Shown here in pieces: positions 40,458 to 52,950 of a DNA stretch of 64,000 nucleotides. The stretch comes from Octopus bimaculoides (taxonomy: Eukaryota). The stretch's first letter is position 1; each line of letters starts with the position of its first letter. Location of the stretch: NCBI RefSeq assembly GCF_001194135.2, contig NC_068992.1, positions 49,203,332 to 49,267,331 on the forward strand, read 5' to 3'. The notes below the pieces were generated by a model. The model searched no databases. It saw only the letters and a program-made list of their open reading frames with translations, and was not told where the DNA came from. The translations under genes were made by a program, and so were the position numbers.

Positions 40458-42864
40458 GTGAATATTTATATGTATGTATGTATATATACGTGTGTGTATG
40501 TATGTAAATATGTATAGAAATGTATGAATAAAGTCTTTAATATTTAAGGAAGTGCAATAATAATGTTTAGCAGTGAGTAATGAAATACGGAATTAGGTTG
40601 GCTGATCGTGAGAATCAAATATTGATTGCTTGGCTAAAATCTGCATGTGGTATGGGTTATTTCTCTTGGGTTGTTTAAATAAAATATTAGTAATATGTTG
40701 TAGATAGAAGCATACATTGGAAGGGTTCTATTATCAACTTTTTTTCAACAATCTAAGTATGTCACGAAATGTGTCAAATAAAGTATAAAAGTAATATTGT
40801 CTGCAAAAATTAGAAATAGAACACACAAAAAGATTATTATTTGAAGTAATCGAACAAAATCAATAAAATAGCTTTTTTCCTTTGAGTGTTTCAAAAAAAT
40901 ATTCTACAGGTGCTATGGGTTATTTCCATTGGGTGCTTAAAAAAGGAAAATCCACCATCACATAGAAAAATATAGTAAATACACTAAAAAGACCTATAAT
41001 AAAAATCAAAAAAGTACAAAGTAATAAATATTAAAATAATAAAAACGACTGCACGTGTTTCATAACCTTATTTTCAAATAGAAAATACAATAAAAATAAA
41101 ATCGATTCAAAATAAATCAATCGAAAATCAATTCTATTCAAAAATATAGTTAATCGTCAGATCAAAATACAATAATAATAATAAAATGAATGTATATATA
41201 TCGACTTACAATAAATATGAAATGAATTTATATTAAAATACTTATTTTACCAATAAATAAAATAAAAACATTTTACAATATTACTGAAAATAAATGCAAT
41301 ACTTATCTTATCGAAGCTTTAGTTTAAACTAAAATTTTAAACGTTATACTTTTAATGAATATTAAATTTTTACTACTGTGTTTTTGGAATGTTAAGAAAT
41401 GAAAAAAAGTATGATATTGAATGGAAACTTGCAATATAATATTTCCAATCCTGAATAAAACCAGATATGACACCCAGGAAAAGCCACATCACTTTAGCAA
41501 TTTCTTCAGACATCAGCTTCCATCACAATTAATGCGAAATATTAACCACACTAACCTTTGACTTTTTCAAAATCACTAGGACCCATGGCAGCTGATGATA
41601 TGAATCCTGTTTCTTTAGGTTTAACAGATGACAGAGAACTCTCATTGCAGGATTGGGTACTAGTCTTTTTTTAGGTAACTTTTTCCACAGGAAGAAAGTA
41701 ATCTCAATACAGTAAGCTAATGAAACACTGAAAATATTTCAGTACTGCTGCTACCTACAGATGTGTGTTGTACTTTTGCATGACTTCTTGTGTGACATCC
41801 ATTTACTGCTAAATTGTGATCGAGCTGTTCAAGGTTAAATATCTATTTAAAGGTTGTTGTATGGAAGGTAGAATTGTGAACTACTACTGCTAACATCCTG
41901 TCAATTTCGAGCATCATTCTTCTTGAAGGAGAATATATCCAGCGAAGTCTCACTTGCTTTCTCAAGCTTGTACAAGATACTTGAACTTCAAACTACAAGT
42001 TTGCAAAATACTAATTTTTAAATCCAGGGAATTCTGTTACAGCAACTTTTGGGGCCTTTGAAACTAAGTCATATAGGAATGAAATATATTGAACCTGCAC
42101 ACTAAATTGGAAATCAAAGCTATATGGTTGGAGGTCCATGTTAACTCGGGTGCAGTTGGTGGTAAATTGGCAGTCCATAGTAAAAAATTTAGAAAGAAAC
42201 TGTTTAACCTGTTGGTGTTTGAAGCAGCATATATCTTTTAGATAATGCTTTAAGAACTGCTCTAAGTAAACTTAATTATTAGGCTGGTTTAATGTCTCTT
42301 TCAATGAGTAAATATGAATGCTTTTTGTTATGAATTTTAATAATCTATTAATTATTTTCTACAATAGTAAATAGCAGATAACAATAGAAATCCTATTTTG
42401 TATTGAATACGAAAGCACAACATTATGTAATGTTGATGGTTGGATGCTGTCTTTATCAAATATAACTTCTAGATATAGTTTTGGCATTGTTCACCTAAGA
42501 GTAAATGGATTATCATTGCTGACATTTGTAATGGTTTTAGCTCTGAATTATAAGTATGGCAGGTGAATTCTAGGTGTCTTTGAAAAGTGTAGAATTAGCT
42601 ACATCTTACAATTGAATGAAATTTGGGACGTGAATTAATCTTTTTTATTTTATTTTTTTTGTAACCTGTAAATCTCCATCAATTCCATTATGTACATCTC
42701 TTTTTCAGTTTTCTGTCTGGAATGTTACAACTACTGAATTCAAAATATGACATATTTTGTTTAACTTATGGAATTATTTCCATAAAACACCATTTTCTTT
42801 TCATAAAACAATTATTTTTGTATTTGTCATTTTACATTTATTGTTTTGTTTTGTTTCATTCTAG

Positions 42865-42977
42865 CTGAGAAAATTTTGCAATCAGATGAAAATGGAGGTC
42901 GAAGAACCCGCTCAAGATCCCGTGTTCAGCCTCCTGAACAGAGCACTCGTAGCAGAAAATTAGCGACCCCTGCAAAA
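42865..42977 (+). CDS. Gene A exon 4 (AEKILQSDENGGRRTRSRSRVQPPEQSTRSRKLATPAK)
   Basis: tttcattctAG acceptor, phase 1 in (G+CT=Ala) matches exon 3; AAA|GTAAGA donor in phase 0. Confidence 0.85.
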
Positions 42978-43075
42978 GTAAGACAGCAGACAAGCATTTT
43001 CTCTTTAACCTTTTTGTTATTATATTTCTGTTGAAATACACTGCTGAAAATTTTAGTAAACATTAAGTTCCCTTC

Positions 43076-43480
43076 TCAGTTGTGGTTGAGTATTTTCCCT
43101 TTTACCAAGACACTGTTTACAACATTTGACATTTCTATAGAAGATCCATTTTTCGTCACCAGTCCAAAAAGGGTGATGTGTTCACGAGAATGGAGAGAAG
43201 AGCAGATGTCAACTTGGGATTTGCGGTTGCTTTCGGACAATTCATGAGGCCTCCATTTTCCAAGTTTAGGAACCTTCCCAAGTTGTTGAAGATGACAATG
43301 AACAGTTGTATGGTTTGAACTAAGCTTTATTGCCAATTCTTCAACTGATAATGCAGGATTTTCTTCAAGTAATGCCTCAAGGAGCTTATCATCAAACTCA
43401 ACTGGACATCCTGTTCGATCTTCATCTTCAAGGCAGGAATCTCCACTTCTGAATTTTGCAAATCATCTTCTGCTAGATGT
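43076..43480 (-). mobile_element. Mariner (Tc1/mariner) transposase remnant
   Basis: Translation LLEALLEENPALSVEELAIKLSSNHTTVHCHLQQLGKVPKLGKWRPHELSE matches the mariner HTH and WVPHEL region; a frameshifted LVTGDEKWIFY follows. Confidence 0.9.
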
Positions 43481-44509
43481 TTAGATAATTACAAATTCTT
43501 ATTTACCTCCCCCCATTTCACATTATGCCCCTTTATTGTTCCTTCAACCAATTCGTTATATTTCTGCTGAAATAGAATACCTTTGTTTCAAATAATTTTG
43601 AAAATGACAATGACATGGTTTACACAAATTTTATTAAACTGGTGTTTTGACATAAATGAATGCGAAACTTTTACAGAAGATTTTGAATAAAAAACAGGAA
43701 TTTTATACCTTAGAATAAAGGGTGGTCTCAGTTAAGTTGAATCATTTTGCATCCAAATCCTGATGTAATTGCCAAAGTATCAATCTTGTACTGTGGTAAA
43801 ATTTTATACCGTCTTTTCAGAATTGTCAAATTTAGAACCTTAACTATGGAATGAAACTAGTTCTAATATAAGTATTTTAACATAATGAAATGCTGATATG
43901 AAGATCTGTTAATTTATGCATCAAAATAGGAATAAAAGCATTTATAAAACATAGAATTTCTAGAAGTCTCATTTCTTATTACTTACCTTGTCTTCTGAGT
44001 TTAAATTTTACCCAGGTCAACTTTGCTTCCAGCCTTCTGAAGTTGATAAGATATAGTGCTAGTCAAGTAGTGGGGTCAATGTAAACAACTGTTCCTTGTT
44101 TTTGACAAATATATTGCCTTGTGCTAAGTAGCAAGTAGTATTATAATTAGTAGTGACAGATTGAAATACTTCACAATATTGAGTTATGTCCCTTCGCATA
44201 AAGTACTAGTCAAGTACTGGGTTTGATGGCTTTTAGCTAATCCTGTCCCCTCAAGATGTCTGCCTTTGTTCTTCTGGACTAAATTAGAAACCAGCCAATA
44301 ATAGAAGTCCTTCCTATGAGAAGCAGATTGGCAGTATTGTTAGATTGTTAGGAAAAAAGTTTTGTAGTATTCATTCCATCTTTCTATTTTCTCAGTTCAA
44401 TTCCTGTCAAAGCTAACTTTCCATTGTCCCTCTCTAAGGTCAATAAAATAATGTATCACTCAAGAATCAGGATCAGTTTTGTATACTAAAAATCTAGTGC
44501 CTGTACTTC

Positions 44510-44736
44510 GCTGGCAGAATCATTAGCACGCGGGGCGAAATGCTTAGCAGTATTTCGTCTGCTGCAACGTTCTGAGTTCAAATTCTGCCGAGGTCGACTT
44601 TGCCTTTCATCCTTTCGGGGTCGATAAATTAAGTACCAGTTATGCACTGGGGTTGATGTAATCGACTTAATCCCTTTATCTGTCCTTGTTTGCCCCCTCT
44701 ATGTTTAGCCCCTTGTGGGCCATAAAGAAATAAGAA
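44510..44736 (+). mobile_element. SINE family B, representative copy
   Basis: GCTGGCAGAA...GTTCAAATTCTGCCGAGGTCGACTTTGCCTTTCATCCTTTCGGGGTCGATAAA core. Other copies at ~352-540(+), 819-1002(-), 17908-18130(+), 18395-18550(-), 36082-36677(+, three copies), 37917-38085(+), 47635-47840(-) and 50440-50642(-). Confidence 0.85.
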
Positions 44737-44990
44737 TCATTAGAGCATCGGCATAAATTCCTTACTATGTTTGTTCCTGCTATCTATGTAGATTCTGAAA
44801 TCACTTAAGTTGTATCAGAGAATATTCTCTACTGTATGAAAAATGAAAAATGTTTATATATTTTGCTTTTTCTATTGGCTACTTTTCCTCTCGTTCATAA
44901 AATGAAACCTCTTTTGCATGTGTGTGCGTTTGTGTTATACATATTTGTGTATAAATTATTCAGCTTTTGTGTTTCTTTTTTGCTTTTCAG

Positions 44991-45317
44991 GAAACAAAGC
45001 CTGCAGCTAAGCCAGGGCGGAAAGAGAAGAAAGCTGCCTCGGGAGGAGATGCTGCACCTGCCGCTGCCAATGAAGAAGTAAAGGCTGATGGTAAGAAGGC
45101 TGATGAAGTAAAAGCTGAGGATGCAGAACCCGTTGAGAAGGAGGAGGCGGCTGCTGAAGATGAGGTCAAGGAAGAAACTGCTGACGGTGAAGTGAAAGAA
45201 AACGAACATGAGAAGGAAAACGATGATTCTAAAGCAGAAGAAGCTGATGAAGAAGTGAAAGAAGAGGAGAAAGCTAATGAAGAAAGTTCCAAGGAAGAAA
45301 ATGCTGGGACAGAATAG
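44991..45317 (+). CDS. Gene A terminal exon, Glu/Lys/Ala-rich acidic tail ending TAG
   Basis: tgcttttcAG acceptor in phase 0; 108 codons of purine-rich coding-like sequence (ETKPAAKPGRKEKK...EENAGTE*). Confidence 0.9.
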   Translation, partial: ETKPAAKPGRKEKKAASGGDAAPAAANEEVKADGKKADEVKAEDAEPVEKEEAAAEDEVKEETADGEVKENEHEKENDDSKAEEADEEVKEEEKANEESSKEENAGTE

Positions 45318-46545
45318 ATATTATTTTTTCACTCATTAACGTTCATTACTTGATATATCTCAACATAGATTTGTTCCAACAACTTCATGACAACATAAAT
45401 CAAATCTTCTATTCATTTTTATTATTTTAAATTTTTTCCTCTCCCCCACTTCCTGCAATCATTATCATTTGCAGTTTTATTAAAATACTAAAATAATTCA
45501 TACAATATTTATGATTCTTGTTGATTTTGTTTGTTTTTTTTTTTTTTTTAATATTTTTACGTTTAATTTCTAATTTCAGTTTTGCATTTGAAATGGATTA
45601 TTGTATTTTTTTTCCTTTTTTTTAAATCTATTTTTTCTATCGACAATTTATTTTCTGTTGGTTGTGGGGTGAAAACTTTTTTTGTTTTTTAAAAGTTCCT
45701 CTTGAAGAATTTTGATTGTCGGTAGTCAGACAACCAAGATTTGTGTGTATGTGGGGGGGGGGGGGTTACATCTAAAAAGGATTAGTAAGGTTTCTGTTAA
45801 GTGCAGTAGTTAGATGAGTAACACTACTAGAGATCATTGTCTTTTGTGAAGTTCCAGGAAGAAATATGTGCAAATGTTAGCTTCTTCTCCATATCCCCTC
45901 TCTTTTGATTTCTTTAGGCCTACAAGAGGACTTGAACACTGCTTGCCAGTTTATAGTCCTGCTGCTTACATGAAATGAACTGGCCGACCATTGCATAATG
46001 TCTTGACTATGGTCACACTTCAGTAGCAATGACAAGACATGAGAAATTTCCATGCTTTTAGCAAAGTTATTTCTAATATCATAATGTGAAGTGGAATTCT
46101 GAGATTTCAGGGCAATTCTGTAGTCCAGTATTAAGCAGTAAGTAGCACAATGATATTGCAATATTGCAGAACTAATGAGAACTGACATACTTTCACTTTC
46201 ACTTGTTGGAATGGCATTGTGGAGTGTGAGAGAGAAATGCACATATCAAGTCTGTTGATATTCCTATCTTGTTGATTGGATTCCTCCAGTCAGACATTAT
46301 ATCATATAGAGAGAGTTATGATAAAAAAGTGTTGATTGAGTGCACATCCTAGGCTTCATGGCTAGAGAGGGAGTAAATGACTGAGTAGTTAGATATGAAA
46401 GGAGTTATATGAATAAGAATTTGTTTTTTTATTATTTCATTTTAAAGTAAATATTTTTCTTTTGAAAATTAGTATTCATTTCATCATTTTGTATAAGCAC
46501 CAAGAAATTGGATAGAAGTTAGATTATAATTATTACATGTGTGCC

Positions 46546-46602
46546 ATATTTCCTGTCACATTAAGAGTAACACTTTAGTTTGCAATAAACCTGTGTGTGT
46601 GA

Positions 46603-46643
<41 letters not shown>

Positions 46644-46696
46644 ACACACATGTTTATTGCAAACTAAAGTGTTATTCTTAATGTGACAGGAAATAT
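46546..46696. repeat. Near-perfect inverted repeat around an (AT)n tract
   Basis: Arms of ~52 bp; the first 45 bp have one mismatch. Confidence 0.9.
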
Positions 46697-48252
46697 ATAT
46701 AATATATACCTGTTTATTGCAAATGTTAAAATTGAAGTTCAAAGTTTAATCAAGATAAAATGCAAACATTAGAAAAGTTATAAGATAACTGTGTGTGGCT
46801 GTGTGGTTTTTGAAATGGCACAATAGTCTAGGAAACAGTGACTACACCTGAAAGAAATATGGAGGCTATGTGAGAGAAATATATACCCTCCTCCATCATT
46901 TCTTAGCTTGGGTTATGAAATTCAGAACTGCTAATTTCTCTACCCCCAGGAAATTATAGACAACTACGTCTTCACTGTGAGTCTAAAGTAAAGGCCTGAC
47001 AGCGGAACCAGTGTTATTTCAAGAATGTTTCTTTGTCCAGGAGACCTCGGCAAACACTAGTGGAGGTCTAATCAATTGTATATTTTGTTTTCCTTTTAAA
47101 ACATTCACTAAATTATTCTCTTACTTTTGTACTCTGTCTCTCTCTCTCTCTCTCTCTTTAAATTTCTTTAGAGCATTTCTGAGAATAATTTTGTATTATA
47201 TGGTCATTAAAACAAATTAGCATTGTAGTTGCAAAGTTATCTTGTTGATGATATTGACAAATTCCATAGTAGGATGTGTGTGTGTGTGTTAATTTTCTTT
47301 TATTTCCTTTTTAACATTTTTTGTATCTCTTTTAGTTCTCATTTATTCTCAAACATGTTTTAAATTATATAAATTTTAATTTTTTTTTTTTGTATGATAA
47401 TATCTCAAACCATCCTAAATGTATACAAAACCATTTTACGTCATTAAGTTCTATTTAACCGAAAAGAAAAAAAATGCTCCCAAAATCTTGGACTACTAAT
47501 ATTACTTCTTCTACTATAAATAATAGTAATAATAATTAATTATCAAAAAGGCAGCACTCATTCGAAGTTGCATTTCTTCAAAATTTAACATTATCTTTTT
47601 TTGTTTTCAAAAAAAAAAAAAAAAGGAGTATTTTATTTGTCAAAGAGCTCAGTAAGTTGACAGATGTGGTTTTTAGTTTCATCCCTTCTACATTCTGATT
47701 TTAAATCCCGCCAGAACCAACTTTGCCTTTCAGCCCTCCTGGGGAGGTTGATAAAATAAGTACCAGTCATATGTACTGGGGGTGTGGGTTCAATCAACTG
47801 TGTACCCGTCCCTTGCAACAATTGGCCCTGTTGCCAAAGTAAAAAAAAATAAAATTCATTGTGTCAAATTCTGTACCATCTGTCTGATTCAATATGAAAA
47901 ATTATAAATTCTTGGCATATATTCTGTAAGTCATTAATTACATAAATGTTGGGATGTTTTAGAATGTCACATATTTTATTTTGACTTCATTATCTGATTG
48001 ATTATTGATCAAATTATAACTTTTGTGACGAGTACTTATGTATAAAGATTATAAATGATTTAATTACTAAATATGAATTACAAAAAATAATAAAAACAAC
48101 AAAAATTTGGATAAATATTTCCAAAGAGAATATATGTCAGGGTTACCATCTGAAAAAAAATATTGTTTTGGGGAAACACTGGTTTGTAAAGTGGAAAAAG
48201 AAATTGGAAAATTAGAATTAAATTGATTTAAAATTTAAAAACTATGTTTTAG

Positions 48253-48690
48253 ATCTGCCATCTTTAGCAGAAAAATCCATCATCTTTTGTATAAAACCAT
48301 TTATTTCTAAAATCTTTTGTAAAAAACAAAAAACGTGAACGGTTATTTCTGCTATGCTTGGTTAAAAATAAAAAAAACATCAAAATCTGCTGTCTTTGAT
48401 AGAAAAATAACCAAGTTATTTCTACCACGTTTGGTAAATATGAAGAAGAAATCCCATTAGAAGCTCATCTATTGATAGAAAATCATTTATTGATAACCAT
48501 TTTTCATAGTAAAATCATGTATTTCTACTGTCTTTGGTATGAAAAGCAACAAACTATTTCTATTAGCTTTGGTAATGTAACATCATTTCTACCATCTTTT
48601 CAATGGTGGTGGGTGGATAAAAACATCTTTGTCTCACAATTTTTGGTAGAAAACCTCTTTCTATCGTATTGGAAGTAAAAATAAAATTCA
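48253..48690. repeat. Dispersed array of a short quasi-palindromic motif (~ATTTCTACCATCTTTGGTAGAAAA)
   Basis: Variants at 48253, 48303, 48345, 48385, 48418, 48521, 48556, 48585 and 48657. Confidence 0.6.
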
Positions 48691-48969
48691 TCAGTTATAA
48701 TCTGTTCTTTGATTTCATTTGAAAATGGTAAATATTCTTGTTTGAAGCAGTACAGTTGTAGAATTGAATGGTCTTCAGTATTTGGTTCAATCCTGCTGCT
48801 ATATTCTGCTTCCACACACCACTGAGATCAACTTAAAGTGATCTATTTCAGAAGGATGAACAGCCAAGTTCCAGTGGAACATTGGGCCATAACCAATGCC
48901 CTATACCCTCCCCATATGTCTGTGGCACAAGTCACAATATAAATGGTTTCTGTTAAGGTTACTTTTGAT

Positions 48970-49206
48970 CAATGGTTCTCAACCATTTTTACCCATGAAT
49001 CTCTTTGATTTCTATTTTACTCTACTGGACCTCCATAGCCACTTGATGTATATAAAAAACAATCCTACTGTATTTTTATAATTAAATCTCGTTAGAAATT
49101 GTATTTGAAAAAAATGAAAATATTTTGTGTATTGTAGGCGTATAACCAAATTATTTCACAAATTTTAACAACAAAATCTTACATGGACTCTGGTTGAGAA
49201 CCACTG
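48970..49206. mobile_element. hAT (Charlie-like) MITE
   Basis: TIRs CAATGGTTCTCAACC / GGTTGAGAACCACTG; 8-bp TSD CTTTTGAT / CTTTAGAT (7/8). Confidence 0.85.
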
Positions 49207-49523
49207 CTTTAGATGGTGGATCACAATTGGTAGCACACAAGATGAAATGTTTAGAAGTATTCACCTTAAGTACAAATCTTGTGGATTATAACTTTGCTTT
49301 TCATCCTTCTGCGGTTCCATAGAATATACTCTGGTTATAGACGTGTGTGTGTGTGCATGTGAATTTATATTTTTATATGTGTGCAGTAAGAAATTCGCTT
49401 CCCAACCACATGGTTCCAGGTTCAGTCCCACTGCATGGCACCTTGAGTGGGTGTCTTCTACTATAGCCTTGGGCTGGCCAAAGCTATGTGAGTGGATTTT
49501 GTTGACAGAAACTGAAAAAAGCC

Positions 49524-49559
<36 letters not shown>

Positions 49560-49789
49560 GTTTGTACGTCTTTGTGTATGTATTTGTCCCTCACCTCTGC
49601 TTGACAACCAGTGTTGGTGTGTATAAGTACCTGTAACTTAGTTCAGCAAAAGATCCCTATAGAATAAGTGCCAGGCTTTCCAAAAAAAAAAAAAAACCCA
49701 GTAAATTCTGGGGTTCATAAGTTTGACTAAAATTCTTTGAGGCAGTGTCTCAGAATACATGCAGTCTAATGACTGAACAAATAGATAGA

Positions 49790-50258
49790 CCCAAGAAGAC
49801 ATGGGACGAGGTGGTGAAGCATGATCTTCAAATATCGGGCCTCATGAAGGCAATGACAAGTGACTGAGACCTTTGGCAATATGCCATGCTTGAGAAGACC
49901 CATGAAACCAAGTGAAATCATAGTTGTGGCACCTGTGCTAGTGGTACATAAAAAGCACCCTTCAAATGTTGGGCCTCACGGAGGTAAAGATAAGTGACTG
50001 AGACCTTTGGTGATATGTTGCGCTTGAGAAGACCTGTCAAGCGAAATTGTAGTTGTGGCTGATGCTAGTGTCATGTAACTGACACATAAAAAGCACCCGT
50101 TACACTCTTGGAGTGGTTAGTGTTACGAAGGACATCCATCCATAGAAACCATGTCAAATTAGGTTGAAACATGGTGCAGCCCTCCAGCATGCCAGTTTCA
50201 GTCAAACCGTCTAAACCCATGCCAGCATGGAAAGCAGATGCTAAATGATGATGATGAC
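49790..50258 (+). mobile_element. Retroposon family E with internal sub-repeats and an RTE-like (GAT)n tail
   Basis: Ends AACCCATGCCAGCATGGAAAGCAGATGCTAAATGATGATGATGA. Related copies at ~6340-6650(+), 7850-8090(+), 38560-39030(+), 39835-40059(-) and 1280-1440(-). Confidence 0.75.
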
Positions 50259-52632
50259 ATCCTAGAGGATGAAAAGTAAATATGACTTTGGTGACATTTG
50301 AACATAGAGTGTAAAAGGAACACAACTAACCACTGCAAGGAGTGTTGTGTAGTGCTTTACTAATTCAACAATCTACCACTGCAAGTAATATGAATGCTTT
50401 TAAACTTTGCTGACAACTTTACAATATTCTTTTCTACTCGAGGCACAAGGCCCGAAATTTGGAGGGGGGGGGGCAATCGATTAGATTGACTTCAGTATGC
50501 TACTGGTACTTAATTTATCGACCCTGAACGGACGAAAGGTAAAGTCAACCGTGGCAGAATTTGAACTCAGAACGTGAAGACGAGACGAAATACCACTAAG
50601 GATTTCACCTAGCATGCTAACATTTCTGCCATCTTGCTTGCCTTAAACTTTACAATAATTTTATTTTCATTACTTTTTACGAATCAAAGGATACTATAAG
50701 GAAACCTAATTTGACATAAAAAAAATATCTTGACACATTTATAACATCCCAAATAACTCATTGGCATTTCTATCCACCTGTTTAATTTGACACTCCAACA
50801 GAGTAAAATTTATTGTACAGAACAATGTATTACACAGTAATAATAGTAAATAATTTTTACAAGTTGTACGCAATTTGACCTCACCAGTCTGACCTTGGTC
50901 ACATTATAGCTGTTATAGCTGTCGAAAAAAATCCAACTTCATAAAAGGAATGTTTTGTTTATCCCACACACGCTGATTTTTTTTTTTTTCTCTAGAGGTC
51001 ATAACTTCAAAATTTGCAGGCACAGGTATGACTGTGTGGTAAGAAGCTTGCTTTCCAACCACATGGTTCCAGGTTCAGTACCACTGCGTAGCACCTTGGA
51101 CAAGTGTCTTCTACTATAGCCTTGTGAGTGGATTTGGTAGACGGAAGTTGAGAGATGCCTGTTGTATATGTATATATTTATGTGTGTGTATCTGTGTTTG
51201 TCCCCACCACCATTGCTTGACAAACGATGTTGGTGTGTTTATGTCCCCATTTCTCAGCAGTTCGGCAAAGGAGACTGATAGAATAAGCACTAGGCTTACA
51301 AAGAATAAGACCTGGGATCAGCTTCTTCAACTAAAATACTCTTTAAGGTGGTACTCCCATGTGACCACAACCAAATGATTGAAACAAGTAAAAGAATATG
51401 GCTGTGTGGTAAGTAGCTTGCTTACCAACCACATGGTTCCGGGTTCATGGATGTATGTATGTATATATATATATATATACACACATCTATGTATGTGTGA
51501 GTGTGTGTAAAACATAAATAAATCAGGATACATAGCTGTAATGAGAAATTATATATTGATTATAATCATAGAGAAAAATCAATTTACATATTGGTCTTTT
51601 GATCAAGAGAAATTTAAAAAAAACATAAAAGTTACAGGAATTTATTTGGTATTGGACAACCAGCTTGTAGGTAATGAGTTCAAATCTACAGCAAGTGTTT
51701 CATTGAGTTTTTTTTGGCAAGGCACTTTATTTTACATGACCTCAATTTCCAGGGAATGTTATTTACTAGTTTAGATAACTTCATATACAGAGGGGAAATT
51801 ATCAAAACATCCATTCAATACCATGAAACTCTAAAAACTGTGCCACTTAATGATGTTCTGAACTCAAAGGAGAATGGAAATTTTGTTTCACAATTTTTTT
51901 TTAGTAAATGTACAACTGAAATTCAGGAAATATGTCCTGATTGGAATGTTTGGTGGTTCTATAACAAAAATACTTCTATTTTCTGTTCAAAAATAAGTAA
52001 GGCATTAAGTGCATGTGTGTGTGTGAATATATATATATATATGTGTGAATATATATATATNNNNNNNNNNNNNNNNNNNNNNNNNNNNNNNNNNNNNNNN
52101 NNNNNNNNNNNNNNNNNNNNNNNNNNNNNNNNNNNNNNNNNNNNNNNNNNNNNNNNNNNNNNNNNNNNNNNNNNNNNNNNNNNNNNNNNNNNNNNNNNNN
52201 NNNNNNNNNNNNNNNNNNNNNNNNNNNNNNNNNNNNNNNNNNNNNNNNNNNNNNNNNNNNNNNNNNNNNNNNNNNNNNNNNNNNNNNNNNNNNNNNNNNN
52301 NNNNNNNNNNNNNNNNNNNNNNNNNNNNNNNNNNNNNNNNNNNNNNNNNNNNNNNNNNNNNNNNNNNNNNNNNACTGAATTAAAATTGCTCAAAAGACAT
52401 CATATAAATTATCTTTTCACATGTGATAAACCATTTTTGTAAATGAATGTTGGAATTCACAGAAATTTGTTATGAGAGTGAATATGTAGGAAAAAATAAT
52501 CTTTTTTTGATGAGATTGTTGTTGTTGATTAACTTCCAAGTGAATGTTCTAGCTGAACAGACGTATAGCTCAAGGGATTCGAGATAGGACAATCTCTCAT
52601 TTTATTCAGCCACTATAAATTTAGGTCTACAC

Positions 52633-52850
52633 CAGTGGTTCTCAACGGGGGATCCATATGGCCCCTAAGGGCCCATATAAAATTTTGGTGGGCTCCCTGC
52701 AGCAAAATAGTAAATTGGGGATCCACAATAGAATTTCAAGGGCCCCTGAAAAAATGTTGCCTTAAATGTATGTATTGGTATTTATTGCAAGAAACAGATT
52801 TTTTTCTTTATTGTTTTACACAGTTCAATGTGTGATGGTTTGAAAAACAA
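52633..52850. mobile_element. Left end of another hAT-like element
   Basis: Begins CAGTGGTTCTCAACGGGG after GTCTACAC; no matching right end identified. Confidence 0.4.
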
Positions 52851-52950
52851 AATGTTAGTGTGAGTTGCGAAGAAATATCTAATATTTCAGACAGTTGAAA
52901 TGGTGAGAGAATTCAACTGCACATTATAATATAACAACAAGCCTCTTGGT

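Larger units (their letters stand above)
2665..52373. other. Seven separate assembly gaps: 2665-2763, 5325-5488, 7000-7150, 10222-10560, 28284-28293, 40060-40226, 52061-52373
   Basis: N runs; five are bordered by (AT)n tracts on at least the 5' side, and the 40060 gap on its 3' side. Confidence 1.

Noticed and set aside
41660-41700. Recursive splice site (ttttttAG|GT) and a 7-nt microexon
   Set aside because: The intron is only 4.6 kb, the donors are weak, and such matches are expected by chance in T-rich DNA.
44895-45292. Minus-strand ORFs of 101-104 aa
   Set aside because: Antisense shadows of gene A's terminal exon.
45919-46138. Alternative downstream exon of gene A
   Set aside because: Stop after five codons and no other support; more likely 3'UTR or downstream sequence.
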